IMG/VR virus record: IMGVR_UViG_3300045988_111174
Coordinates: 1-53,815 of that record
Length of the DNA stretch: 53,815 nt
Direction: 5' to 3' (one strand)
Source: a virus
The notes under the pieces are model-generated. The model saw nothing but the letters and a program-made list of their open reading frames with translations, ran no database searches and was not told the origin of the DNA. Positions 38,159 to 46,621 of the stretch are shown piece after piece (positions within the stretch are counted from its first letter, which is position 1; each line of letters opens with the position of its first letter). Both the position numbers and the translations under genes were made by a program.

Positions 38159-41100
38159 CGCTGCCCATACCCCCTTGCGTCTCTCGCGCGCAGCCACGCA
38201 AGCTGCGACGCATTATTCTGCCCCTGGATTTCCGCGACCTTTCGACCGTCGATGTTGACTGGCACCTTGTTCTGCTCGGCGGCGATGGAAATTTCCTGCC
38301 GCAGCTCCGGCATGTTGACGCTGGTCATTCGCGTCAGGTCTGCCGAGGTAGTCAGGCCGCCCAGCATGGTGTTCGCCACGCGCACCGCGCGCGCCATCGA
38401 CTCGTTCAGGCCGATTTCGAGGCCCTCGCCGGTGTAGCGGCCAAGGCGCTTCATGACCTTCGACGGAGACTGGATTTCCATCGTCGATTCATACCCGCTG
38501 GCAAATGCATGTCCTGCTTTTTCGCCGGCTCGTCGAGCGCGAATCGCGATTTTATCCAATGTAGTAATCAGACCTCGCTCTGTTTCCCGCGCAGCGCTGC
38601 GCGCGCCCTGTTCATCACCCATCTTAGATGTGGACGCTTTGCCGATCTCCGCGCTTTTTGTTGCGGCGGTCGATTTTGCTGCATCCGCTGAGGTGTTGAT
38701 AATAGCGTTCATAACAGCCTCGAGCTGCGCAGACTCGCTTTCTACGTTAAACGACGTCCCTTCCAATCCATTGTCAAGCGCTGCCTGATAGGCATTCATA
38801 ATCATCGTTGTATCTGCATTTTCAAGAGCGCTTGCGACTTCGTTCTCAAATTGCGTGGCAAGACCGGATGTTGCCGTTTTAAGCTGCGGAATGCTCATCT
38901 CATCCAGCCCTTCAACGCTCGTCCCTAAATAATCTGCGAGTTGCTGCTTCAGATCATCACCAAGATAATCGAGGCTCTGCGTATCAAGAGACGTGTAGAA
39001 CGATTTCAGCAAATCCGCGGCGTTCATTTTTTCCGCCGCTTTCTGCCAGATCGCCGCCGTTCCGGAGGATTCCGCAAGGCCGGAAAAAATCTGCTGCATC
39101 GCAGTGTCAAGGCTGGCCTGTGCTGCGTTGATCGCCGCCTGTTTATCCGCTTCCGCGCTTGCGGCACGGGACTCATACTCGTCTTTTCCGATTTTCCCGC
39201 TGGCCAAATCGGCGTTCAGCTGCTCCATTGTCGCGTTATACGCATCCTCCGCAGACTGCTGATCCAGCTTAAACTCGGTGATCTTGTAGCCGATTGCCAC
39301 ACCGACAGTTTCAGCGTCGGTTTTCGCACCGCTGCGCACGACGGCAAAGGCATTTTCAGCCGCGCTTTTTGCTTTTCCGCTTACAGCCTCGATCCTTTCC
39401 TCCATCTCTGCAGCGCGCTGCTCCAAAGCGATGAATTCATTAATGCGCGCCTGTACCGTCTTCGTGGGCGCGCCCGCGAGCGTAGAGACAAGCGTTCGCA
39501 TTTCCGTGTCCATGCTCTGGATTTCTGTCTTTGCGCTTTCGTACCATGCATCCAATTCAGCTTTGCGTTGCTGATAATCCGCCGCAGTAGGGTCGAGTTC
39601 GGCGAGTTGAGATTGATAAGCGTCGTCCAAATTACCCAGCAGCTCGTCGATGTAATCCGTGATCTGCTGCGTAAGTGCTTCAACCGTCTGATCGTCATCC
39701 GGTTTTCCGTCGGTCAGTTTGTCATAGATTTCCTCAATGAGACTAGGAACTTGCTCACCGAGCTTGCCTGACATTTCGTCGTAGACTTTGACGACTTCTT
39801 CAATGTCTGTATCAGTCAGGCCTTCGGATTTCAGCAGACTTTTCAGCAGGATTCGGCTTCCGTTGGCCTGTACGGTAAGCCTGAGCAGCGTTTCCCCATC
39901 AATTCCGAGATTGAGTGCATCATAAGCGTCGATGATGGTCTGACCAGAATCGGTGATAGTCTGCGCCAGCGCAGCTGCATCCTCGTCGCTCATGCCGAAT
40001 TCCATCAATTTCGCCTTTATCGCGTCTGCGTCATCGCCGAGAGCGTCAAGCAGCTCCGCTTTCTGCTCCTCCGTGAGCGGAGAAGCCTCCAACGCCTGCC
40101 GGATGGTGTCATAAGCCGTCTCAATGGCATTTTCCGCCTCGCTCGTGTCGATGCTCGCATCAATTCCGGCCTGAATCTCAGTCGTGTAGGTCGTATCGAC
40201 CCAAAGACCGGCGATCTTCTTTTTGCCATCATGAAACAGACTTTCCACGCTGTCCCAAATGCCCGTGAACATCTTTCCGATGCCGTCAAGCGCCGAATCC
40301 ATGATATTCAGAATTCCGTCATAGACAATGGGTGCAAGCTCAGGCAACATGTTGACGAGATCGGTAGCAACCGTCGTGGCAACCTCAAAAAGCGCGGTTG
40401 TCAGTTTGGAGATATTTGCGGATGCGCCTTTTACTGCGTCCGGAAGACCACTCATCAGGGCATCCGCGATCTTCGGCCCCCAACGGCTGATGCTCATAAC
40501 AACACCGTCAAATTTGCCGTCGATCATCTTGAGCAGATCAGGGATCATGCCTGTCGCTGCGTCCAAAAGGCCCTGATAGCCGCCCTCGTCAAATGCGGTC
40601 TGCAATTCGCCGACAATGTTGTTCACCATCGGGAGCATCTGAGAGGCAAGGTTTTCCGACATGCCCTCCGTAATACTGCCCAGCAGCTGCATGGCGTTGT
40701 CCTTCAGCGTGGAGAGCTGACCGTTCAGCGTTTGGGACTGCTTTTCCATCGACTGATAGAATTTGCCGCCCTCGCTGGTGGCGTAGCGCATGCTGTCGGT
40801 GATCTCGCTGATGGCCATCTTGCCCTTGCTGATGCGGTCATACAATGAGGCCATGCTCTCGCCGGTGCGCTCGGAGATTTCCTGCAAGGGGTTGAATCCG
40901 CCGTTAATCATCTGCTTGATGTCCTGCAGGTTGACCTTTCCGGCGCTGCTCATCTGGGCGTAGCCAGTGGCGATGGAGACCATAGCCTCCTTGTTGCCCT
41001 GCGCGATGTCGCCGAGCATGCTCATCTTTTCGATTGCGTCGTCGGCAGTAAAGCCATACTGCATGAGTAGCTGGGTGACCTGGACGAGGTCGGTCGTTTC

Positions 41101-41388
41101 AAAGGGCGTTTCCGCGCCCATCGTCCTAAGGCGCTCGACCACGTCCGCGGCCTTTTCCGCCGAGCCGGTCATAACCTCAAAGGAGGTGCGGTACTGCTCG
41201 AGCGTGGCGTTGTAATTCACGCCCTTGGAGGCAACCTCCATCAGTTTGCTGACGGCCTGCGTAGTCATGTCAATGCCGGCCTTGATGTCGGCGAGACTGG
41301 CCTTTGTTTTGACTTTTAAGCCGGATAGTTTTTTCTCATAATCGCTCGCATCGCCGTCAATGCGGATTTTAAGGCTATTCTCAGCCAA
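38155..41388 (-). CDS. Tape measure protein
   Basis: The 1077-aa protein is Ala/Gln/Glu-rich and helical. It lies downstream of the tail chaperone gene. Confidence 0.9.
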   Translation of the reverse strand: MAENSLKIRIDGDASDYEKKLSGLKVKTKASLADIKAGIDMTTQAVSKLMEVASKGVNYNATLEQYRTSFEVMTGSAEKAADVVERLRTMGAETPFETTDLVQVTQLLMQYGFTADDAIEKMSMLGDIAQGNKEAMVSIATGYAQMSSAGKVNLQDIKQMINGGFNPLQEISERTGESMASLYDRISKGKMAISEITDSMRYATSEGGKFYQSMEKQSQTLNGQLSTLKDNAMQLLGSITEGMSENLASQMLPMVNNIVGELQTAFDEGGYQGLLDAATGMIPDLLKMIDGKFDGVVMSISRWGPKIADALMSGLPDAVKGASANISKLTTALFEVATTVATDLVNMLPELAPIVYDGILNIMDSALDGIGKMFTGIWDSVESLFHDGKKKIAGLWVDTTYTTEIQAGIDASIDTSEAENAIETAYDTIRQALEASPLTEEQKAELLDALGDDADAIKAKLMEFGMSDEDAAALAQTITDSGQTIIDAYDALNLGIDGETLLRLTVQANGSRILLKSLLKSEGLTDTDIEEVVKVYDEMSGKLGEQVPSLIEEIYDKLTDGKPDDDQTVEALTQQITDYIDELLGNLDDAYQSQLAELDPTAADYQQRKAELDAWYESAKTEIQSMDTEMRTLVSTLAGAPTKTVQARINEFIALEQRAAEMEERIEAVSGKAKSAAENAFAVVRSGAKTDAETVGVAIGYKITEFKLDQQSAEDAYNATMEQLNADLASGKIGKDEYESRAASAEADKQAAINAAQASLDTAMQQIFSGLAESSGTAAIWQKAAEKMNAADLLKSFYTSLDTQSLDYLGDDLKQQLADYLGTSVEGLDEMSIPQLKTATSGLATQFENEVASALENADTTMIMNAYQAALDNGLEGTSFNVESESAQLEAVMNAIINTSADAAKSTAATKSAEIGKASTSKMGDEQGARSAARETERGLITTLDKIAIRARRAGEKAGHAFASGYESTMEIQSPSKVMKRLGRYTGEGLEIGLNESMARAVRVANTMLGGLTTSADLTRMTSVNMPELRQEISIAAEQNKVPVNIDGRKVAEIQGQNNASQLAWLRARDARGYGQR

Positions 41389-41402
41389 ATTTTTCCCTCC
41401 TC

Positions 41403-41996
41403 TCAGGAGTTATAAAACAGCTCGTCAAACGCGTCGAGCATCGCCTGATCCTCCGCCGTGGTCTCCCGCGGCAGGGCGTAGCGCTGGGCTTGACGCTTGA
41501 GATCGCTGTCCTTGCCGTCGTAGCCCCGAATTTCCATCAGGCGCAGAATGTAGTGGTTCCCGGCCAGCGCCCGGAAGTACAGCAGAAATTCCCACCAATG
41601 GAACGGCTCTGTCCGCCGGTAGGAGAGATCAATGCCGAACTGATTTTGAATTGCAATGATGATGTAGTTCAAATCCCAGTCAAAGGAATACGTCGGCTGG
41701 GCGCTCTCGCCGGCCTCGACGGGCGGCTCGGGATAACCCCGGGAAAAGTCGATCACGGCGGACAGCACGTCCGCCGCGGGCTGGGGAATCAGATCGCCGA
41801 ACACGGCCCTCTCCATCTCGCCGATCACCTCGGCGTTATGCATGGCCTGCTCAACCGTCGCGGGCGTGGAAATCAGATCGCGCAGCAGCCGCAGCACGTC
41901 GATCCACACCCGAAAATCGACGTTGACGGTATAGTCAGCGCCCCCGACCGTGATGGCGGTAGGGGGCGCGTCCTGCGCCAGATTCGGGCGCGGCAT
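41403..41996 (-). CDS. Phage Gp15-family protein (tail assembly chaperone position)
   Basis: YTVNVDFRVWIDVLRLLRDL... and FHWWEFLLYFRAL fit the Gp15-like pattern. The gene lies between the major tail and TMP genes. Confidence 0.6.
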   Translation of the reverse strand: MPRPNLAQDAPPTAITVGGADYTVNVDFRVWIDVLRLLRDLISTPATVEQAMHNAEVIGEMERAVFGDLIPQPAADVLSAVIDFSRGYPEPPVEAGESAQPTYSFDWDLNYIIIAIQNQFGIDLSYRRTEPFHWWEFLLYFRALAGNHYILRLMEIRGYDGKDSDLKRQAQRYALPRETTAEDQAMLDAFDELFYNS

Positions 41997-41999
41997 GGG

Positions 42000-42506
42000 T
42001 TACGCGGCGGCGGAGAACGTCGGAGCGCCCTCGGTGATGGTGGCGGTGCCCTTTTCGATGGTGCCGCCGAGCTTCAGCGTAAACGTGATCTTGCCGTCCA
42101 CGCTGTTGTAGTTGGTCAGCAGCAGGCGGCACTCCTTGACCTGCCATGCCTGGATGTCCTCGCCGCTGCCGCTGCTCTTGGGCTTCGGCGGCCAGCAGAG
42201 CAGCACGGGAACCTTCACGCTGTCGCCGACCGGGAGGTTAATGCACAGCTTTTCCACAAAGTCGTAGATGACATTGCCGCGATAGAGCGCGATCTCCTGC
42301 GGAAGCTCCGGCTGATAGCTGGAAACTTCCTCGACCGCCGCTTCCATCGAGATGTAGTCCACGCTTTCCGACTGCGGGTTAAACGCGAGATCAAAGATCG
42401 TGGACTTGTCGATGCGCTTCCACGTCGGCACCCAATCGCTGCCAATCGTTTCAGACGTATCCATAAACGGGATCACCTGATTTTTCGTAATCTTCTTTTC
42501 AGGCAA
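42000..42506 (-). CDS. Major tail protein
   Basis: The call rests on position between the tail completion genes and the chaperone/TMP. The 168-aa protein is beta-rich and has a TTG start. Confidence 0.6.
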   Translation of the reverse strand: MPEKKITKNQVIPFMDTSETIGSDWVPTWKRIDKSTIFDLAFNPQSESVDYISMEAAVEEVSSYQPELPQEIALYRGNVIYDFVEKLCINLPVGDSVKVPVLLCWPPKPKSSGSGEDIQAWQVKECRLLLTNYNSVDGKITFTLKLGGTIEKGTATITEGAPTFSAAA

Positions 42507-42512
42507 GTTAAA

Positions 42513-42938
42513 TCATCCTTTCACATAGTCGATGGCGAAGGGGATCATGTACTTCGCCGTGTTTTCGTCCTGCGCGGCCACATAGCCGACGCTCTCTTCC
42601 AGCACCCCGACGCTCTCCACGGTATAGCCCGCCGGGAAATCCGGAAAGGCTCCGTCGTCGTTCTGCCGACGCACCCACTCGATGATGCTCTCCACATCGT
42701 CCATCATGGCGACATTGCTGTCGTCGTTGGCGGCGAAGGAGACGGGAAGGAAGCGGATCAGCTCGAAGGCGTAGCGCCGCCGCTGGCTGCCGTCGATGTA
42801 GTCCTCCAGCAGGGTATCGCCGGAGGTGGCGATGGCCGTGTCGCCGTCGTCGGTGCCGGAAAAGTTGAAAAAGAGCTGTGCAATGGATGCACAGCCCGCG
42901 AACCATTTCCAGAGCGCGTCATGGATGCTCTTAGCCAT
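42513..42938 (-). CDS. Tail completion / head-tail joining protein
   Basis: Positional call within the conserved head-tail gene order. Confidence 0.5.
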   Translation of the reverse strand: MAKSIHDALWKWFAGCASIAQLFFNFSGTDDGDTAIATSGDTLLEDYIDGSQRRRYAFELIRFLPVSFAANDDSNVAMMDDVESIIEWVRRQNDDGAFPDFPAGYTVESVGVLEESVGYVAAQDENTAKYMIPFAIDYVKG

Positions 42939-43371
42939 TGAGATTCAGCCTCCCGGAATTGATATAGCGCTGCAAAGTGGAAATCAGCATGGGCTTCTGC
43001 GTGGCCTCGGCCTTTTTGTCCCACTCCTTCGTGGCCTTTAGATTGCGATGGTACTGCAGCGCCCGACCCGTGGGATGCTTCCTCGGCGGCGAATAGTAGC
43101 CTACGACGCGCCCGCTCTCGGTGATTGGGTAGTTGGGGCCGTATACCTCGCCGGTATACTGATAGTGGGCATAGGGCGCAGTGTGCTCGATGCAGCCGGG
43201 CGTGATCGTCACGGAATTGGCCAGCGTCCCCGTGTCAAACGGGACATAGGGCTTATACAGCCGATGCCACTGCGTCGCCGCGAACGTCCAGAAGCCCCGG
43301 TCGTTCATGACCTTCGCCTTGGCCCGCGCCGCGTTGACGTGATACGATTCCAGTTCGATGCGTATGTTCAC
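42931..43371 (-). CDS. Head-tail joining protein (HK97 gp10-like / minor capsid)
   Basis: YVPFDTGTLANSV matches the typical gp10-like motif, and the position fits. Confidence 0.55.
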   Translation of the reverse strand: MNIRIELESYHVNAARAKAKVMNDRGFWTFAATQWHRLYKPYVPFDTGTLANSVTITPGCIEHTAPYAHYQYTGEVYGPNYPITESGRVVGYYSPPRKHPTGRALQYHRNLKATKEWDKKAEATQKPMLISTLQRYINSGRLNLNG

Positions 43372-43377
43372 GCCGCA

Positions 43378-43731
43378 TCACTCCCCGCTGGCCGCGTAAT
43401 GGGGCAAGAGGCCCATCCGGCTGTTGTCGCTGACGCGCTGGGCGCGAAAGGCCGCCTTTCCGCTCTTCAGCAGGGCTTCCCGCAGGCGGATCAGCTCCAC
43501 TTCGTTTCTCACCGCCAGCTCCGCTTCGCCCAGAACCAGCAGGTCGCCCGGCGCGGGCTTCTGCTGCCCGGCGGGTATCCTGCACGTGGTCTCCGCGGTT
43601 CGCGTCACGGATTTGTCGCCCATCGTCTGCGCCGACGTGTCCTGCCAGCTGCAGCCCGTCAGTGCGACGGCATGATAGCCGTCCGCCGTCTTATGCAGCA
43701 GCGTGACCGCTCGATTGCCAAATGGGATCAT
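43378..43731 (-). CDS. Head closure / head-tail adaptor protein
   Basis: Positional call. Confidence 0.5.
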   Translation of the reverse strand: MIPFGNRAVTLLHKTADGYHAVALTGCSWQDTSAQTMGDKSVTRTAETTCRIPAGQQKPAPGDLLVLGEAELAVRNEVELIRLREALLKSGKAAFRAQRVSDNSRMGLLPHYAASGE

Positions 43732-43734
43732 CGC

Positions 43735-44049
43735 TCACAGCCTCCTCGCCACGGGCAGCGTATGCCGGATCAGTCCCGCGTTGAACAGATACGCATAGGC
43801 CGCAGGGCAGATCGAAGCGACGGTGTATTCCGCCGTTTCCACTCGGTCGGAGCGGAAGGTGACGGAAACGCCGTCGTTGGAGGCGCTGGCGACGCCTCCC
43901 GGCATGCTCAGCGCCTCGTTGCGCTCCTCATACTCCGCCTGCACCTGCACGGCCTTGAGAAACGCGGCCTCCTGCTCGTCCGTCGCCGGTCGTCTCGGGT
44001 AGATGTACGCGGTCAGGCGCTCGCGCACATGCTCCGCGTTGATCGCCAC
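43735..44049 (-). CDS. Head-tail connector (gp6-like) protein
   Basis: Positional call, immediately after the major capsid gene. Confidence 0.5.
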   Translation of the reverse strand: MAINAEHVRERLTAYIYPRRPATDEQEAAFLKAVQVQAEYEERNEALSMPGGVASASNDGVSVTFRSDRVETAEYTVASICPAAYAYLFNAGLIRHTLPVARRL

Positions 44050-44053
44050 GGCC

Positions 44054-45172
44054 TTAGCCCATCACGCGGACGGCCAGCTCCGGGTAGATGGTCTTGTAGC
44101 CGTAAAGCACGTCCATCGAGTAGGTGGAGCGCTTGTACTTCTGGTCATAGCCCTTGGTGACGCGCAGCGAGATGCCGTTGTAGCTGGTGACGTAGCTCTG
44201 CACGCCCTGACCGTCGGGATCGATGAGCGGACGGGTGACGTAGGCAAAAGCCATCGGGCAGAACACGAGGTTGGCCGCATGGCTGGCGGCGATGGTGACG
44301 TTGGTGCTGGTGGTGCCGGACTTCTTCAGCGCCGGATAAATCTTGACACCGGCGATGGCGTTGGAGGCTGCGGCGGCGGTGTCCTCAGTGACCACATAGG
44401 TGCCGCCGAGGATGGTCAGCACGTCGCCCTTGACGAGCTTGCCCGTCAGCGTGGTGCCGGTCAGGCCGATGGTGGTGGAGCCTGCGGCGGCGCTGGCGGA
44501 CAGCTTTACGCCCTCCTGCGCGGTGATGCCGGAGGCGTGAGTCTGCACGCCCTGCGCCATGTAGTTGTCGATGCCGTACACGCGACCGATGGAGCCTTCG
44601 CGCAGCGCCTGAGTCGTGCCGGACTTCTCCGCGTTGACGAGCGCGGGAATCTGGGTAAATTTCGCGTCGGCCTCGGGGCTCCACACGCCGACGCGGCCGC
44701 TGACAGGGGCCTTGTTGACGTTGAGCATCTTGCGGGCCTCGGCAAAGGCCGCGAGGGAATCGGGCGTAGTGCCGGCAGTGCCGACGGCGTAGGGCACGTC
44801 CTTGTAGAGGGCGAGGCCGTCGGCGTTGATCCTCTCGGCCAGCGCCACCGCCGCGGGCTCGATGAACACGCGGTCGAGATCGGAGATGTTCACGGCGGTT
44901 TCGATGGCGGAGGCCTTCGCGTCCACGGTTGCCAGCTTATCCAGCTTGACGAGGACGCTGGTCTCCTTCATGTCCTGATACTCCACGCCGGAGGCCTCGT
45001 TAAAGTCCTTGGCTTCGAGGACGTTGGGTTTGCGCACCTGGATCGTATCGCCGAGGTCGGAAAAGTCCCCGGAGAAGTCGCGATAGCACAGATTCGGGAA
45101 CACGAGGTTCTCGATCAGGCGGGGCAGGGCGCGTCTTGCGATGGTCTGGAGGGTAATAAATTCATTGGCCAT
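44054..45172 (-). CDS. Major capsid protein (HK97 fold; P22 coat gp5-like family)
   Basis: The 372-aa gene follows the scaffold gene. The N-terminus is MANEFITLQTIARRALPRLIENLVFPNL. Confidence 0.8.
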   Translation of the reverse strand: MANEFITLQTIARRALPRLIENLVFPNLCYRDFSGDFSDLGDTIQVRKPNVLEAKDFNEASGVEYQDMKETSVLVKLDKLATVDAKASAIETAVNISDLDRVFIEPAAVALAERINADGLALYKDVPYAVGTAGTTPDSLAAFAEARKMLNVNKAPVSGRVGVWSPEADAKFTQIPALVNAEKSGTTQALREGSIGRVYGIDNYMAQGVQTHASGITAQEGVKLSASAAAGSTTIGLTGTTLTGKLVKGDVLTILGGTYVVTEDTAAAASNAIAGVKIYPALKKSGTTSTNVTIAASHAANLVFCPMAFAYVTRPLIDPDGQGVQSYVTSYNGISLRVTKGYDQKYKRSTYSMDVLYGYKTIYPELAVRVMG

Positions 45173-45204
45173 ATGGTTTCATTCCTTTCTTCTGGTTGCG
45201 GCGG

Positions 45205-45843
45205 TCACTTCTGGCCGCCGGTCTTGTAGGTGGCTGCGTAGTATTCCGCGTCGGACATCTTCGCGAAGTCCGGCGCATTACCGGCGCGCACCGTCACGCC
45301 GCTCTGGCGCAGGCGCTCGTCCACGCCCTGCTGCACGGCCTCGCGGAAAGCCTTTTCTACCGTGTCGATGGAGGTATGGCACGCGTCCGCATCCGTGTAG
45401 TTGAGCACGATTTCGAGGCTCGTGGGCAGGCCGCGCTTGCGGAGGTCTTCAATGGCCGTGGCACGCAGCTCGCGGCGGTTGAGTTCCGCTTCGCGCTGGG
45501 CGATAGCGGCCTCGCGATCCTTGGCTGCCTGTTCCACGCGCTGGCGCTCATGCTCGGCGCGCTGGGCCTCGTTCATCTGGGCCAGTTTCTCGGCCTCGCT
45601 GCGGGCCTCTTCCCGGGCCTGCTCGATGCGCTTCTCCGCGTCGCGCCTCTCGCGCGCCAGACGCTGTCTGACGGTGCTGTCGATGGCAGCCTGCAATTCC
45701 TCTTCGGTATAGGTGCGAGGCTGCTCTGCGGCCTCCTGCGCGCCCTGAGCGGCATTCTCGCCGCCCGCATTGGGATCAGCGCCGTTTTCCTCTCCAAAGA
45801 GCTGGAGGTTGATAGGGTTAAAAAAATCCTTCGCACTGTTCAT
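45205..45843 (-). CDS. Capsid scaffolding protein (DUF4355-like)
   Basis: The body is a charged coiled coil (EEARSEAEKLAQMNEAQRAEHERQRVEQAAKDREAAIAQREAELNRREL). The gene lies upstream of the major capsid gene. Confidence 0.75.
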   Translation of the reverse strand: MNSAKDFFNPINLQLFGEENGADPNAGGENAAQGAQEAAEQPRTYTEEELQAAIDSTVRQRLARERRDAEKRIEQAREEARSEAEKLAQMNEAQRAEHERQRVEQAAKDREAAIAQREAELNRRELRATAIEDLRKRGLPTSLEIVLNYTDADACHTSIDTVEKAFREAVQQGVDERLRQSGVTVRAGNAPDFAKMSDAEYYAATYKTGGQK

Positions 45844-45952
45844 GGTTCGTTCTCCTTCCGTTTTACGTCCGTCGACAATTCCACAGATTTGCCGCTGCGT
45901 TCGGCTTGATTTTTGAGGCCTTTTCCGCTTGATCAGGGCGGAAAAGGGTATG

Positions 45953-45992
45953 CAAAAGCCGCCGGGAGAGTGATCGGCTCTCCTCGGCGGCT
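45953..45992 (-). terminator. Intrinsic terminator-like hairpin inside the late region (between packaging and head genes)
   Basis: On the minus strand, AGCCGCCGAGGAGAG-ccgatca-CTCTCCCGGCGGCT (one bulge) is followed by TTTTG. A second 10-bp hairpin lies at 45919..45947. Confidence 0.5.
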
Positions 45993-46014
45993 CAATGCCG
46001 TGTGGGATATTGAT

Positions 46015-46374
46015 TTAAAGCGCGTCCGCGGCCTCAAAGGCTGCATGCAGCTTGGGGGCCTGCAGGGCGATCCAGTCGATCATTTCCTCGTGCTCGGCCC
46101 ATCCCATGTCGGTGATCCGGCTGGAGCTGCTGTCAAGGCCGCTCTCAAACAGAAACGCGTGGACGATCTCATGGCGCAGCGTCGCCTTTTCGTACATCGC
46201 ACGGGCGACTTCGTCATCGTCGGCAAACGCCGGATGCGTGTCCGCGGAGCAGATGACGAGCTGCTTGCCGAGCTTGTCGCAGTAGGCGTTGCAGCCGTGG
46301 GCTTCGAAATACGGATCGTCCGCGTAATTCTTGCGGATGACATCGTATTCAGTGCCCAAAATGGACAGTTTCAT
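46015..46374 (-). CDS. Small zincin-like metallopeptidase (HExxH)
   Basis: Start at ATG 46374 with AAGGAGGA upstream. The HExxH motif is in ATLRHEIVHAFLFESGL. Confidence 0.65.
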   Translation of the reverse strand: MKLSILGTEYDVIRKNYADDPYFEAHGCNAYCDKLGKQLVICSADTHPAFADDDEVARAMYEKATLRHEIVHAFLFESGLDSSSSRITDMGWAEHEEMIDWIALQAPKLHAAFEAADAL

Positions 46375-46432
46375 GGCATTTCCTCCTTGTTCAGGGCATA
46401 GAAAAACCGCCTCGCTTGCGCTGGGCGGTCTG

Positions 46433-46621
46433 TTACTTGACTTCTTTCCCCTGTTTGTAGGCTTTTCTTGCTTCATTAAGGCTCATGACATTTGCGCCAC
46501 CTTTATAGTCAGGATTCCGTAGCTGCACCGGATCATTCTGCCAGTAGCACACGTCACAAATTTCATATTCCTCAACCTTCATCTTTCCGCAGCACGGGCA
46601 GCTAGTCTTTGTTTCGTTCAT
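46433..46621 (-). CDS. Cysteine-rich CPCC-family small protein
   Basis: Start at ATG 46621 with GGGAGGA upstream. The sequence is MNETKTSCPCCGKMKVEEYEICDVCYWQNDPVQLRNPDYKGGANVMSLNEARKAY. It overlaps the MuF gene 3' end by 20 nt. Confidence 0.65.
   Translation of the reverse strand: MNETKTSCPCCGKMKVEEYEICDVCYWQNDPVQLRNPDYKGGANVMSLNEARKAYKQGKEVK

Noticed and set aside
41403-42506. Searched for the usual programmed -1 frameshift pair of tail assembly chaperones between the major tail and TMP genes.
   Set aside because: Only one ORF (Gp15-like) fits, and the TMP start follows 15 nt after its stop. I found no overlapping extension frame or obvious slippery heptamer, so no frameshift is claimed.
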